A DNA stretch of 64,000 nucleotides from an uncultured Gammaproteobacteria bacterium (GCA_964536725.1 CAZHYJ010000002.1:91219-155218), one strand, 5' to 3'; shown: positions 25,609-36,797, numbered from the stretch's first letter. Notes: generated by a model from the letters alone, not told the origin. Program-made: numbers and translations.

Positions 25609-26316
25609 ATGGAATTAATTTCTGTTATTATTCCAATCTACAACCAGGCCAATGTATTACGCCGATCGTTGTGTTCGCTTTTGCGTCAGTCATATCGACC
25701 GCTGGAAGTGATTGTAGTTAACGATGGTAGTACCGATAACTTTTCCGAGGTGATGGGTAATATTTTGGCAGAAGAAAAATTTAAAGAATTAAAGATCAAA
25801 GTAATTAATCAGGCAAATCAAGGTGGTTGCTCGGCACGCAATCATGGTTTTAGTGAATCCACCGGTCGTTTTGTTATCTTCTGGGACGCGGACACAATCG
25901 CTAAACCAAAGATGTTGATGACAATGTATCAAGCGTTGTTGAATAGCCCGGAGGCAAGTTGGGCATATTCGCAGTTTTGTTTTGGTTGGAAAAAAATGCG
26001 GGGGGCAGAGTTTGATGTGGAGTTGTTGGAAAAGAATAATTACATTGATGTCACCAGCTTGATTCGCCGTGATGCCGTTGTGCCATTCGATGAAAAATTA
26101 AAACGTTTTCAAGATTGGGATTTGTGGTTGACTTTGGCTAGTACTGGGAAGAGTGGTGTTTTTATCCCGAAAGTATTGTATAAAAAAATAACTAACCCGG
26201 TGGGGATTAGTTCGTGGTTGCCAAGCTTCTTTTTTAAGTTGCCGTGGAAAACAAGTAAAGTGGAAAAATATGAAGCGGCGGCGGAAATGGTTAGGCGGAA
26301 ACACGGTTTGTCCTAG
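25609..26316 (+). CDS. GT2-family glycosyltransferase
   Basis: ISVIIPIYNQANVLRRSL..LEVIVVNDGSTDN and the DAD motif in FWDADTI. Confidence 0.8.
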   Translation: MELISVIIPIYNQANVLRRSLCSLLRQSYRPLEVIVVNDGSTDNFSEVMGNILAEEKFKELKIKVINQANQGGCSARNHGFSESTGRFVIFWDADTIAKPKMLMTMYQALLNSPEASWAYSQFCFGWKKMRGAEFDVELLEKNNYIDVTSLIRRDAVVPFDEKLKRFQDWDLWLTLASTGKSGVFIPKVLYKKITNPVGISSWLPSFFFKLPWKTSKVEKYEAAAEMVRRKHGLS

Positions 26317-27676
26317 TAGTGGCGGCGATAACGACGAATAATAAAACACCGAAGACATGAAACAGCGCAGGCGATGTGATATTTATCACCATCAACGCAG
26401 CAATCATCACAAAAGGCAGAGTTTGATATTCTGCTTTTTTTAATACTTCTGAGATAAGCGTTAACCACAAAAGTAAACCGATCAAACCCATCTCCGCCCA
26501 GATTTCTAAATAGCCCCAATCAAAATGTGGGGTGGTGATTTTTTGTTGAAAGACGGGGCTGTAAACTGTGACGGTGTCACCCAATCCTTTGCCTAAAATC
26601 GGGGCGTTCATAATTTTATTTTTAATTTCTGGTAACAACAGCATCCGACTTAACGAGCTGTCTTCAATTGATGGAGAGGCGATACTTTGTAGACGTAAAC
26701 CAAATATTTCCCAGCCCAAACTTTCGCCGCGACTGGCCACGTAGTGAACGGCGGTGAAACCGACAAATAAAATAAGAACAAAAACTGCGCTGTATTTTAA
26801 CCAGTTCAGCCAGTATTCTTTCTTGAAAAGTAAGAGTGTACCGACGAATAGAGCGAGGTAGTATATGCGGGTTAAATTAATCGCTAATACCAAAACGATC
26901 AGTGCGCCTAAAATAAAATTACGGCGAGTGTTTTTGTTTTGGAAAAGTTCGTACATCAGCCAGAGTAAGATCGGCACAATTGCCAGGTGTTCATTTAGTA
27001 CTAGGCGAAAGAAATAAAAAGGTAGAGCGGTAATTTTGCCGGCGGCGACATCGCGATACCAGTGGTAATATTGGTCTTGTAAAGAAAATATACCAGTAGA
27101 AAATCCGCAAAAAGTACAAATGATAATAATAAAATTTCCAACTAGCGCGGCGTATAAAATATTTTTTGCCGTGTCGATAAATTTGGAATCGCGAGTAACC
27201 AGTTCTTTGAGTGGGAAATAATAGGCAAAAAAGAAATAGGGGATGACGTCGGCGGTGGCACTACTAATGGCATGACCATTTTTTATTCCTATCAGAGCCG
27301 AGACGGTCGTCCAGCCCACCAACGCGAGAATAATAAAAAACAATCTGTCGCTGGTGATGTCTTTAAATTTCTTTTCTTGGATTTTTTTAATTAAAAAAAT
27401 GGCAACGGAAAAAATGAGAAGTAATGTGCGTAAAGATATGCCGCCTACTCCGAGGTAACTACCTGATCCACCCAAAATCATTTCCGCGGCGACGATATAC
27501 CAGCCACGTGTGTCGTTGTTGATTAAAAAGTAAACAACTGTAATGGCGACAACAATCGAAACCAATACATTGAGAACACTTGCACTCCAAAGCGGGGTGT
27601 CAGGTGTGAAAACAAAAGAAAAGATTCTTAGCAAAAAGAAAATGGCAAGTGATAATCCAAAAATCTTTTTTTGCAT
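26291..27676 (-). CDS. O-antigen ligase / Wzy-like polytopic membrane protein
   Basis: About 460 aa with at least 10 TM segments and a large periplasmic loop. Sits beside the glycosyltransferases. The ORF-track start at 27694 overlaps fmt, so the internal Met at 27676 is preferred. Confidence 0.5.
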   Translation of the reverse strand: MQKKIFGLSLAIFFLLRIFSFVFTPDTPLWSASVLNVLVSIVVAITVVYFLINNDTRGWYIVAAEMILGGSGSYLGVGGISLRTLLLIFSVAIFLIKKIQEKKFKDITSDRLFFIILALVGWTTVSALIGIKNGHAISSATADVIPYFFFAYYFPLKELVTRDSKFIDTAKNILYAALVGNFIIIICTFCGFSTGIFSLQDQYYHWYRDVAAGKITALPFYFFRLVLNEHLAIVPILLWLMYELFQNKNTRRNFILGALIVLVLAINLTRIYYLALFVGTLLLFKKEYWLNWLKYSAVFVLILFVGFTAVHYVASRGESLGWEIFGLRLQSIASPSIEDSSLSRMLLLPEIKNKIMNAPILGKGLGDTVTVYSPVFQQKITTPHFDWGYLEIWAEMGLIGLLLWLTLISEVLKKAEYQTLPFVMIAALMVINITSPALFHVFGVLLFVVIAATTRTNRVSA

Positions 27677-27677
27677 A

Positions 27678-28589
27678 TTAAACCATTTTGGCATCGGTCA
27701 AATCACGGATACCATTAACCCAAGCTAAAGCGGACATGGGATTTTTTCCTTCGGGTTGGATGGTAACAATCTCCAGTGCGCTACCATTACATCCGACTAA
27801 TACCTTGTTGTTTTCTAAAACAATTTTCCCAACTGGCATTTCAATGGTCGTTGGTTGCACCGCTAAAAGTTTAATTCGTTTGTCTTGAAAAGTTGTCCAC
27901 AGCCCTGGCCAGATCTCTAAACCACGGCCCAGATTGTAGATTTCGGTGGCAGTTTTGTTCCAATCCACGTGGCCACTTTCTTTAGTAAACATGGTGCAAA
28001 GGGTCACCTTGGACTCATCCTGGATTTGGGGCTTAATTGTGCCTTCCAGGTAACCGGTGGTAGCCTCCAGAAGCCCTAAAATTGCCACTTTAAGCAGTTT
28101 TTCGGCTAAAGTAGTGTAAGTGTCAGTTGGGTCGATTTTTAGGGTGTCTTGGCGCAAAATTGGCCCGTGATCCATCTTTTCATCCATTAGCATTATGGAG
28201 ACGCCGGTTTCGGTTTCGCCGTTGATTAAAACCGACTGGATAGGGGAGGCACCACGATATTTTGGTAAAAGTGAAGGGTGGACGTTGATCGAACCAAACT
28301 TGGTCGCTTCCACAATTCGTTTGGGGATAATCAAGCCATATTCGCAGACAATACTTAAATCAACACCCTCTGGGAAAACGTATTCTTTTAATTTTTCTGG
28401 TTGGTCAATTTTCAAACCATATTTTTCCGCCACGAGTTTGACTGGTGTTTTTTGTAACTCTTGCTTGCGCCCCACTGGGCGATCGGGCTGGGTAATTACT
28501 AATTCAATATTAAATTTAGCACTAGTAACTAGCGCTTCTAAAATTCCGGCGGCAAATTTTTCTGTACCGAAGAATATTGTTTTTGTCAT
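27678..28589 (-). CDS. fmt: methionyl-tRNA formyltransferase
   Basis: IFFGTEKFAAGILEAL, HPSLLPKYRGASPIQ (the SLLP motif) and the conserved C-terminal domain. Lies downstream of def. Confidence 0.9.
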   Translation of the reverse strand: MTKTIFFGTEKFAAGILEALVTSAKFNIELVITQPDRPVGRKQELQKTPVKLVAEKYGLKIDQPEKLKEYVFPEGVDLSIVCEYGLIIPKRIVEATKFGSINVHPSLLPKYRGASPIQSVLINGETETGVSIMLMDEKMDHGPILRQDTLKIDPTDTYTTLAEKLLKVAILGLLEATTGYLEGTIKPQIQDESKVTLCTMFTKESGHVDWNKTATEIYNLGRGLEIWPGLWTTFQDKRIKLLAVQPTTIEMPVGKIVLENNKVLVGCNGSALEIVTIQPEGKNPMSALAWVNGIRDLTDAKMV

Positions 28590-28593
28590 GGGG

Positions 28594-29097
28594 TTAAATT
28601 TTACCTGGCTTTTCTTCTGGTTCGATCTTGTGCAAGTTTTTTGCTTTTTCGATAAACAGATGTCCGTTCAGGTGATCAACCTCATGTTGGATGACGCGAG
28701 CGAAAAAATGTTCGGCGATAAAATCCAAAGGCTTACCATTTTTATCTAATGCCCAGACACGAATTTTAGTATAGCGTTTGACGTCACCATATATTAATGG
28801 CACTGACAAACATCCTTCTGTGTCCCAGTTTTTTCGGATTGATTGTTTTTCCCAGCGCGGATTAATCAAGACTAGATCTTCTTTTTTGTCTAAGGTAAAT
28901 TGTTTAGCGATTACACAAACTTGCCAAGCGACACCAACTTGATTGGCAGCAATCCCGGCCCCATCATCTGTATACATCGTTTCTGTCATATCAGTAACCA
29001 ACTTTTTAAATTTTGCGGTTTGTAAATCAGCCGGCTGTAATTCCGGCATGACTTCATGCAAAAGTTTGTTTGGTTCGGTGGTGATAGGTAAAAGCAT
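28594..29097 (-). CDS. def: peptide deformylase
   Basis: GIAANQVG (motif 1), EGCLSVP (motif 2) and HEVDHLNG (motif 3). Confidence 0.9.
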   Translation of the reverse strand: MLLPITTEPNKLLHEVMPELQPADLQTAKFKKLVTDMTETMYTDDGAGIAANQVGVAWQVCVIAKQFTLDKKEDLVLINPRWEKQSIRKNWDTEGCLSVPLIYGDVKRYTKIRVWALDKNGKPLDFIAEHFFARVIQHEVDHLNGHLFIEKAKNLHKIEPEEKPGKI

Positions 29098-29102
29098 ATA
29101 TT

Positions 29103-30956
29103 TTAACTTAAAGACAGAATGTTCGATGGGTTAGGATCGAATTTCCACTCTGCCGGAGTTAACCCTCCAATTATTTTAGTATATTTTTTGTAAAATTCAT
29201 ATGGCAAGCGGATCAGGATGACTTGCCAGTACTGTTGTTGGTAGAAATATGGGGTCATTTCCAGCGGACCGGATATTATAGCCCCAGGAGCGGTTTTCGT
29301 CAAGATTTGGAGCTTTTTCACCATTTCTGCGGCTGAACGGATGGCAATTTCCGGAGTGGAGAAACCGCACCACAAACGCACTAGATAACTAAAAGGTGGA
29401 TACTTCAAAGCCTTGCGTTCGGCCAGTTCGGCTTCATAAAATTCCTCTGGACGGTTTAAGAAAGAAAAAATGCGGTGTTCGGGGTGTGAGGTTTGGACTA
29501 AAAGCTGCGCGTCTTTGTTTAGTCGTCCCGCCGCCGCGCGCAAACAGTGCCAGATGTTTTCCGTGGTGCGATAGTCGGACTGAAACAATTCGGTATCAAT
29601 ATCCAAAAACACCATTGTCTTAATCTTGCTCCAGTCAATTTTCTGCCAAGCCATCTGCGTGCCGATAATCAATTTGGGTAATGAGCTGTGATTTTCAGTA
29701 TGAACAAAATCTGTATCCACATCGATACGACTCACTTGATATTTATCTCCCCAGTTTTTGTTGGCCTCGTTTTCCACCAACTCGGTACCGGCGCCATACA
29801 TCACCATATTCATCCCTTGGCAATTGGGGCAATGGGGCATGAATTGCTGGTGGCCATGACAAAAATGGCAGACTAAATCGTTGGTGTTGGCATGATAGAC
29901 CAAAGTACGATCACAGTCGGGACATTTGGCGATGTAACCACAATCACGGCAGCCAACAAAGTGTGCACTGCCGCGACGGTTAAGGAAAAGAAAGACATCG
30001 CCCTGGCCACTGTTCAAAATATTTTTTAAATCTTCACTCCAAACACCGTAGTTGCCTTTACGTCGCTCGTCTTTTAGGTTTATTATTTCTGGAATAGTAA
30101 GCGTCGCCAGTTTTCCTTCCAAATTAAAAGCCTTGTGTTGAGCGAAATAGTAAGTATCAGCGGAAGGGGAAGTGGAGATTAAAAATAACTTGGCGTGATG
30201 TTGGGCGGACAAAATCATGCAGGCGTCACGGTTGTGAAAGCGTGGGGCCATATCCCAACTTTTGTGATTCTCGTCGCCGTCGTCTTCTAAGATAATATTA
30301 CCTAAATTAAACCAGGGTAAAAACAAAGCACGGCGAGTACCGATGATCACACCCTTTTCTTGATTACGTACTTTTTCCCACAAAGAAAACATCTCTTTTT
30401 CAGTGCGTTCGCCCGTGACGGTGGTGTGTTCAATACCGGCAGTAGTTAAATATTTGTTCCATGCGGCTACGCGGTCGATCGTTGGTACTAAAATTAAATT
30501 GTTTTTCTTTTTATCTAAATTATCTAAAGTTTTTTGCACTTTGTCTTCTTCGTCAGCCGATATTACTAGCGTTGGTTTGGAAAGAGTTTTGCTACTGCGA
30601 TCAGTAATATGCTCTAGTTTTAAACTACTAATTTTTCTTTTTTTCCAGGGTGGCAAATTTGATTTTAAAAGAAAGCCCAGGGGTGTTTGATACATCTCGG
30701 CGACTTCTTGGATAAACTGTAATTGTTGTACGGAAAGAAATGGTTCTGGGCTAACCACACTCTCCACGTTTTTTATTCTCCCCTCATTTAATGTGGTAGT
30801 TGGCATTACCGCTAACACTAGTGCGGGTATTGTTGAGTTGCGAAAAGGTACCATCACCATCTGTCCGGAAGAGACAACCAAACTATCCGGCAGACGATAG
30901 TCAAGCCGTTCTAAGCCCTTAGGCATGCGTCGCAGTATCGTAACCGACGCAAACAT
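29103..30956 (-). CDS. priA: primosomal protein N' (PriA helicase)
   Basis: Zinc-binding cysteine ladder CRDCGYIAKCPDCD..CHFCHG..CPNCQG. Helicase motifs present. priA-def-fmt is the conserved order. Confidence 0.85.
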   Translation of the reverse strand: MFASVTILRRMPKGLERLDYRLPDSLVVSSGQMVMVPFRNSTIPALVLAVMPTTTLNEGRIKNVESVVSPEPFLSVQQLQFIQEVAEMYQTPLGFLLKSNLPPWKKRKISSLKLEHITDRSSKTLSKPTLVISADEEDKVQKTLDNLDKKKNNLILVPTIDRVAAWNKYLTTAGIEHTTVTGERTEKEMFSLWEKVRNQEKGVIIGTRRALFLPWFNLGNIILEDDGDENHKSWDMAPRFHNRDACMILSAQHHAKLFLISTSPSADTYYFAQHKAFNLEGKLATLTIPEIINLKDERRKGNYGVWSEDLKNILNSGQGDVFLFLNRRGSAHFVGCRDCGYIAKCPDCDRTLVYHANTNDLVCHFCHGHQQFMPHCPNCQGMNMVMYGAGTELVENEANKNWGDKYQVSRIDVDTDFVHTENHSSLPKLIIGTQMAWQKIDWSKIKTMVFLDIDTELFQSDYRTTENIWHCLRAAAGRLNKDAQLLVQTSHPEHRIFSFLNRPEEFYEAELAERKALKYPPFSYLVRLWCGFSTPEIAIRSAAEMVKKLQILTKTAPGAIISGPLEMTPYFYQQQYWQVILIRLPYEFYKKYTKIIGGLTPAEWKFDPNPSNILSLS

Positions 30957-30959
30957 AGT

Positions 30960-31751
30960 TTAGAAGATAAATTGACTAGTTAAATAGCCAACACCAAATG
31001 GTTTTTCGTAAGCGTATTGACGATATTCATAGTTAACATCACGCAACACTCCCATTAGGATTAACAATGAGCGGAAACCACACTCAGCGGCATCACCAAC
31101 AAATTTCTTGTCTAGTCCGAGTAAGCCGGTAACATTGTGGCTGGATAACAGTTCTTGAATCTTGGCGTCAAATTGTTCACCGGCAGCGTTGTAGCCAGCG
31201 GGAGCGTCAGTGGTGAGAGCGTGTGATAAATCGCCTGAGGCAATCACAGCCACGCGTTTGTTGGTGTTCATTATTTGTTCTTTTAACAGATAGCCAAAAT
31301 CAAAATGCAACTTCCAATCTTGTTCACAAAAACCAATCGGTAAGAGTGAAGCGTTGGGTAGGTGAGGGGTTAAATAAAATAACGGAACCGCCACGCCATG
31401 ATCCAGCTTAGGTTCACTGATCATTGTTGTGGCAATTCCGCGTTCTTTTCCCGCTTCGCGCAGCCAGGAAGACAGGTTCATTTCGCCTTTGAATTTTAGT
31501 TTGGTAGTTAAATCGCCAAATTCCTTTAAGTCAGTCTCGTATTCTGGGCAAACGTTGATGGTAAACGCGTCGGCGAAACAACTGCCGTGAGGAGAAATGG
31601 TGATGATAAGGTCGGGACGAGTGAGGTACAGTTCTTCCTCCATTTTTTCTAATGCGACCTTGGTTTTGTTAATCTCCTTAGCCGCTTCTTTTCCGATGGT
31701 TGGAATAAGAAGAGGAGGGTGAGGAGTAAACCCGGCGAAGACGAGTGACAT
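30960..31751 (-). CDS. MEMO1-family protein (AmmeMemoRadiSam system protein B-like; LigB-type fold)
   Basis: ISPHGSCF, KLDHGVAVPL, SGDLSHA and AAECGF correspond to the conserved His/Asp/Cys positions of MEMO1. Confidence 0.6.
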   Translation of the reverse strand: MSLVFAGFTPHPPLLIPTIGKEAAKEINKTKVALEKMEEELYLTRPDLIITISPHGSCFADAFTINVCPEYETDLKEFGDLTTKLKFKGEMNLSSWLREAGKERGIATTMISEPKLDHGVAVPLFYLTPHLPNASLLPIGFCEQDWKLHFDFGYLLKEQIMNTNKRVAVIASGDLSHALTTDAPAGYNAAGEQFDAKIQELLSSHNVTGLLGLDKKFVGDAAECGFRSLLILMGVLRDVNYEYRQYAYEKPFGVGYLTSQFIF

Positions 31752-31755
31752 ATGG

Positions 31756-33975
31756 TTACTTTATATTAGCAATTTTAACATCGCCGCTAGTTACCCAATT
31801 AGCAATGCGATTTGGTTCTTCAAATCTTTTTGCATAATCCGGATTTCCGAGCGTGACGATTATATATTGTTTTTTAGTGGTTCTAGATTCAATCAACATT
31901 ACCATGGTGGCCTGAGCGGCGGTGGTATAGCCGGTTTTACTGGCAAGAACACGGTACTTGCGGTTTGGTATGGTGATTACTTTGTTGGTGGTTGCAATAT
32001 TGTGAGTGATGGTTTTGTTTTTACTGACTAATTCTTTAAAGGTATATTCAGTTGTTCCCAAGACTTTCTTCAAAGAGTCGTTGCTTAGCACCTTGGTAAA
32101 TATTTTTAATAAATCACGGGCAGTGGAAATGTTGCCTTTGTCTAAACCAGTAACATCAGTAATAGTGGTATTGTCGACTCCCAATTCGGCCAGGCGTTCG
32201 TTTGCACTTTTTATCAAAGAAGTTTCGGACAGGCCGCTGGCGGCAGCCACCATGCGTGCAGTGTTATTAGCAGAGAGAATTAACATGGAATTGAGCAAGT
32301 CGATGTTTTTTATCTTTTCTCCTTCAATCAAACCAAGAGGGTTGCCTTCGGAGGAATGTTTTTTGACGGAGTATGTCGTGGATTTTTTTGGATCAAAATT
32401 TTGGTTAACAGCTTCGTAGGCAACAATCAGTTTGGTAAGTGACGCGATTGGTCGTTGGTCATCGATGTTTTTCCCGGAGATAATACGGCCGCTCGGATAT
32501 TCAGCAACCAGGTAGCTAGGTAGTTTACTTTTGGCTTGGTCAACAATCTCTGCTAACGTGTCTCCCAAAAATTTGTTCTGTGAGGAAAGCAGGGAAGCGT
32601 TCAAGAAAAGTGCTTCACCGTTTGGAATATTGAAGGCGGTGGCTAATTTAATATTAATAATGTTTTCTTTTTTGTAACCGAGCGCGCCAAAAGTTTCAGC
32701 GTCGGCAATCTTTCTCTTTTTTCCATTTTCAATAACATAAATGGCATTGTTGTCCGTTACTTTTATCAGTGTACCGTCAGCAAAAACCACTGGTAAATCA
32801 GCGATAGGCAAGCCAGCGATATCTACCTTTTTCTTTTTGACAATATCTAGATTATTAAAATTAGCCTTAATAACACCCGGATCAATGATCGGATAAACAG
32901 TGCCATCTTTTACAAGATAGTGTGAATTGTTGAGGTCAGTCAACTGGTAAATGATTCCTTCTGGGTGGATGGTACCAGCGGTAATGGTTGAACCAATTTT
33001 GTAGTTACTAATATCAGCGGCGGTGATGTCGATAATTTCTTGTGGATTGTAACCCAACTTTCGAACCGTATCTTCGCTCGCGAATGGTCGGAGGGTGTCG
33101 TAATCGAGAAGATAGTAGTTGTTAGAAGGGGTTTTGAGAATGGAATAGTTGGCGAAGGAGATTATCGGTCCATCAGTGTAGTTGCTTAATTCTGATTCTG
33201 GAACTGTGACCACCATTTTAGGATCAGCGCGTGAGATGAGTGCGGACATGTTTTTAAAAAGTCTCTTTTGTCCATTTTGTACGAGCCACACGTCGGTTGA
33301 AGAGGCGGTTTTGAGTAGTGAGCCGTTCGGATATACCTGGCTAAACCATGTGCCCCAAATACGCCAGAAATTTTTGTTGGCGGAAATGTGTGGGGTGTAA
33401 GTGTAAAGGAAAGCAGTGGCCCAACTACCAGGGACGATTTCTTGTTTGTCGATTATCGTTGGTGTATCTTTTTTCTTAACATAACTAGCGCTGTTGTTAT
33501 TGTAATACCAGCGCATCAGACCAGCAGCAGCGGCTACCTGTTTACCAAATCCACTATTGCGTAAGTATGTCGGACATGTCCAACCGCAACTTTCGTTAAT
33601 ACCATAGCCGGTAGCGCCAGCAAGTTGTTTGGTGGTAGGGGAGTCGTCGGTGATCAAACTTTGTTCTTTTTGCAATGTTACCAAAATGTATTTAGGATTG
33701 ATTTGGTAATTTTTACCGGCATCATAGATAATCTCAGCGGCGGATTTGATTACGCCATTTTCGTCCTCAGCCTGATAATTGCGTAAATAACTACCACGAG
33801 CATCGAGAAACTTTTGGATATCAACAACAGACAAGCTGCTGCAGTCTTGCAATTCAGCGTCGGAAAGGATAAAAGCAGGATTAAACTCAGTCGCTGCCAA
33901 AGCCTGGAAAAACGGAAAAAATACCAAAGTTAAAATGGTAAGTAAAGAAAACAAACCTAGTTTTTGTCGTTGCAT
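31756..33975 (-). CDS. D-alanyl-D-alanine carboxypeptidase (S11, PBP5/6-like) with large N-terminal extracellular domain and signal peptide
   Basis: The C-terminal 260 aa carry SxxK (ASLTK), SxN (LSANN) and KTG (SKTGYT). A signal peptide is present (MQRQKLGLFSLLTILTLVFF). The start was moved to the internal Met at 33975. Confidence 0.75.
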   Translation of the reverse strand: MQRQKLGLFSLLTILTLVFFPFFQALAATEFNPAFILSDAELQDCSSLSVVDIQKFLDARGSYLRNYQAEDENGVIKSAAEIIYDAGKNYQINPKYILVTLQKEQSLITDDSPTTKQLAGATGYGINESCGWTCPTYLRNSGFGKQVAAAAGLMRWYYNNNSASYVKKKDTPTIIDKQEIVPGSWATAFLYTYTPHISANKNFWRIWGTWFSQVYPNGSLLKTASSTDVWLVQNGQKRLFKNMSALISRADPKMVVTVPESELSNYTDGPIISFANYSILKTPSNNYYLLDYDTLRPFASEDTVRKLGYNPQEIIDITAADISNYKIGSTITAGTIHPEGIIYQLTDLNNSHYLVKDGTVYPIIDPGVIKANFNNLDIVKKKKVDIAGLPIADLPVVFADGTLIKVTDNNAIYVIENGKKRKIADAETFGALGYKKENIINIKLATAFNIPNGEALFLNASLLSSQNKFLGDTLAEIVDQAKSKLPSYLVAEYPSGRIISGKNIDDQRPIASLTKLIVAYEAVNQNFDPKKSTTYSVKKHSSEGNPLGLIEGEKIKNIDLLNSMLILSANNTARMVAAASGLSETSLIKSANERLAELGVDNTTITDVTGLDKGNISTARDLLKIFTKVLSNDSLKKVLGTTEYTFKELVSKNKTITHNIATTNKVITIPNRKYRVLASKTGYTTAAQATMVMLIESRTTKKQYIIVTLGNPDYAKRFEEPNRIANWVTSGDVKIANIK

Positions 33976-34030
33976 AGTTTTTGTTAAGTTGTATAGATAA
34001 AGTATAGCATTATTCGGAAAGGCAAGCAAA

Positions 34031-34062
34031 TAAAAACCACCCCTTTCAATCATTGGGGGTGG
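34031..34062 (-). terminator. rho-independent terminator for clpB (minus strand)
   Basis: On the minus strand, CCACCCC-(11-nt loop)-GGGGUGG is followed by UUUUUAUUU. Confidence 0.55.
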
Positions 34063-34079
34063 TCTTTAAGAAAATTAAT

Positions 34080-36722
34080 TTACTTAATCACAATTTTACC
34101 TTTTTCCACGGCAATCTCCACCATCTGTCCTTCTTTTATCTTCCCCTCGATAATCATTAACGCCAGCTCATCCAAAATCTCGTTTTGGATCACACGCTTT
34201 AATGGTCGAGCGCCAAAGTCCGGGTTGTAGCCTTCTTTGGCAAGATACTTTTTCACTGACGCATCGAACTTTAGGGCGATCTTTTTCTCTTGCAAACGTT
34301 TTTCTACTTCTTTCAATTGTAGCTCGGCGATTAACTCAATCTGTTTCTCAGCAAGAGAATGGAAGATGATAGTTTCATCAACGCGATTCAAAAATTCTGG
34401 TTTAAAATGCGCATGTAGCATTTCTGTTATTTTCGTCCGCACAACTTTTTCCGCGTCGCTTTTTTTACGGCTGCGTTCTTCTTCGAAACCGAATTCACCA
34501 CGTTTGTTTAAATCCAAAATCGCTTGACTGCCCAAATTACTGGTCATGATAATGACGGTATTTTTGAAGTTTACCGTGCGGCCTTTGGCATCTGTCAAAC
34601 GTCCTTCGTCCAAAATTTGGAGTAAAATATTGAAGACATCAGGATGAGCCTTTTCAATTTCATCAAATAATATTACGACATGTGGTCGACGACGAATGAT
34701 CTCGGTTAATTGGCCACCTTCATCATAACCAACATACCCAGGAGGGGAGCCGACCATTTTGGCAGTGCTGTGGCCTTCCATGTATTCACTCATATCAATG
34801 CGCACGAGCGCGTCTTCGGTGTCGAACATAAACTCCGCCAAAGATTTGGCTAGTTCGGTTTTACCGACGCCGGTTGGGCCTAAGAAGATGAACGAACCAA
34901 TTGGACGACCCGGAGCAGAGATACCCGCACGAGAACGACGAATGGCGTTGGTGATGGCTTTAATGGCCTCGTCTTGGCCAACCACTCTTTCGCCTAAAGC
35001 GTTTTCCATATTGATCAAACGTCCGCTTTCACTTTGTAACATTTTAGTAACGGGGATGCCAGTCCAACGTGCGACCACGGACGCAATATCTTGTTCGGTA
35101 ACTTCTTCTTTCAAGATGCCGCGTTCTTTTTGTAATTCAGCCAATTTTTTCTCGCTGTTTCGGATCTCGCCTTCGAGTAATGGGATTTTACCATAACGTG
35201 CTTCAGCAACTTTTTGTAAGTCACCTTTGCGTTCCTCAATTTCCGCCTGTTGTTTTAAACGGTCAATTTCTTTTTTGTTGGCATGGATTTTCCCGATCAC
35301 TTCTTTTTCATTACTCCATTTTGCCTCCAACGCCGAACTCTTTTCTTTTAGGTCAGCGAGGTCTTTTTCTAACTGTGCCAAACGATCTTTGGAATCTTGA
35401 TCTTTCTCTTTTTTCAAAGCACGTTTTTCAATTTCATATTTAATCATCGTCCGTTTCATTTTATCCAACTCTTCCGGTAATGAGTCAATTTCCAAGCGCA
35501 GCGCGGAAGCGGCTTCGTCCATTAAATCAATCGCCTTGTCTGGTAAGAAACGATCGGAAATATATCGATCGGACAACTTTACAGCGGCGATAATAGCAGC
35601 GTCAGTGACACGAACACCATGATGCACCTCATATTTTTCTTTAATACCACGCAGGATTGCAACCGCATCATCGGGTGAGGGTTCGTTGACCATTACCGGT
35701 TGGAAACGACGTTCTAAGGCCGCATCTTTTTCGATATGTTTTTGATATTCTTTAATGGTGGTCGCACCGATAGTGTGTAGTTCGCCACGGGCCAACATTG
35801 GTTTTAACATGTTAGAGGCGTCCATTGAGCCTTCAGAGGCACCAGCACCAACGATAGTGTGTAGCTCGTCGATGAAAAGGATATATTTATCAGCGGCCGC
35901 ACTAATTTCTTTCAAAACAGCTTTTAACCGTTCTTCAAATTCGCCGCGGAATTTCGTACCAGCCAAAAGCGAACCGATATCAAGGGTGTAAATTTCTTTG
36001 TTACGCAAAGAATCAGGCACATCGCCATTAACAATACGTTGGGCAAGACCTTCAACAATGGCAGTTTTACCCGTGCCCGGTTCGCCAATGAGTACCGGGT
36101 TGTTTTTAGTACGGCGAGACAATATTTGCATCACGCGTCTAACTTCGTCATCACGACCGATCACGGGATCGATTTTCTCTTTACGTGCTAAATCAGTTAA
36201 ATTTTTTCCATATTTTTCCAAAGCGTTAAACTTGCCCTCGGGTTCGGGGGAGTCGACGCGTTGGTTGCCACGGATAGAGGCCAGGGCTTTTAAAACCGCC
36301 TCGTGGTTTACATTGATACGGGCGAAGATTTCACTGATGGGATTTTGTGAGGCGAGAAAGGCGAGGAATAAATGTTCGACGCTGATGAACTCGTCACCCA
36401 TTTTTTGTGCTTCAGCGGCGGCGGTTTGAAAGATATGTACCATCGCTTGACCCAACATTACTTGGCCCACACCACCAGGAATGGCCTGGTTTTCTGTTTT
36501 AGGGAGGTGATCGATGAGGGATTGGGCATCGGCACGTAAAGCAATCAGATTGATGTTTAATTTTTGTAAAGTAGAGACAACAATCCCTTCCTCGTCCTCT
36601 AAAAAGGCAAACAAAAGATGGGGCGGTTCTACCTGGGCTTGGCCGTTTTTTTGGCCAATGGCGGCCGCTTTTTGGATAGCTTCTTGAGATTTATTGGTAA
36701 AATTTTGTGGATTCATATTCAT
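34080..36722 (-). CDS. clpB: ATP-dependent chaperone ClpB
   Basis: Two AAA+ modules ([16 protein letters not shown]) separated by the long coiled-coil M-domain that distinguishes ClpB from ClpA/C. Clp N-domain present. The ORF-track GTG start overlaps the CIRCE box, so the real start is probably the Met at 36722 or 36716. Confidence 0.9.
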   Translation of the reverse strand: MNMNPQNFTNKSQEAIQKAAAIGQKNGQAQVEPPHLLFAFLEDEEGIVVSTLQKLNINLIALRADAQSLIDHLPKTENQAIPGGVGQVMLGQAMVHIFQTAAAEAQKMGDEFISVEHLFLAFLASQNPISEIFARINVNHEAVLKALASIRGNQRVDSPEPEGKFNALEKYGKNLTDLARKEKIDPVIGRDDEVRRVMQILSRRTKNNPVLIGEPGTGKTAIVEGLAQRIVNGDVPDSLRNKEIYTLDIGSLLAGTKFRGEFEERLKAVLKEISAAADKYILFIDELHTIVGAGASEGSMDASNMLKPMLARGELHTIGATTIKEYQKHIEKDAALERRFQPVMVNEPSPDDAVAILRGIKEKYEVHHGVRVTDAAIIAAVKLSDRYISDRFLPDKAIDLMDEAASALRLEIDSLPEELDKMKRTMIKYEIEKRALKKEKDQDSKDRLAQLEKDLADLKEKSSALEAKWSNEKEVIGKIHANKKEIDRLKQQAEIEERKGDLQKVAEARYGKIPLLEGEIRNSEKKLAELQKERGILKEEVTEQDIASVVARWTGIPVTKMLQSESGRLINMENALGERVVGQDEAIKAITNAIRRSRAGISAPGRPIGSFIFLGPTGVGKTELAKSLAEFMFDTEDALVRIDMSEYMEGHSTAKMVGSPPGYVGYDEGGQLTEIIRRRPHVVILFDEIEKAHPDVFNILLQILDEGRLTDAKGRTVNFKNTVIIMTSNLGSQAILDLNKRGEFGFEEERSRKKSDAEKVVRTKITEMLHAHFKPEFLNRVDETIIFHSLAEKQIELIAELQLKEVEKRLQEKKIALKFDASVKKYLAKEGYNPDFGARPLKRVIQNEILDELALMIIEGKIKEGQMVEIAVEKGKIVIK

Positions 36723-36730
36723 TAAACATA

Positions 36731-36757
36731 TTATCACTCTAAGATAGTGAGTGATAA
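36731..36757. promoter_or_regulatory. CIRCE-like inverted repeat (candidate HrcA operator) upstream of clpB
   Basis: TTATCACTC-N9-GAGTGATAA is a perfect 9-bp inverted repeat. It differs from the CIRCE consensus TTAGCACTC-N9-GAGTGCTAA at one position per arm. Confidence 0.5.
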
Positions 36758-36797
36758 TATATTAACATATTAGGAAAAGTTGTCAAGCAATCTTTTT

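Noticed and set aside
34237-36429. Plus-strand ORFs inside clpB (34237, 34759, 35180, 35755, 35998)
   Set aside because: Shadow ORFs opposite the strongly supported ClpB frame.
36735-36737. ORF-track GTG start for clpB
   Set aside because: It overlaps the CIRCE-like box and adds a non-conserved MIICL N-terminus. The downstream Met at 36722 or 36716 gives the canonical ClpB N-terminus.
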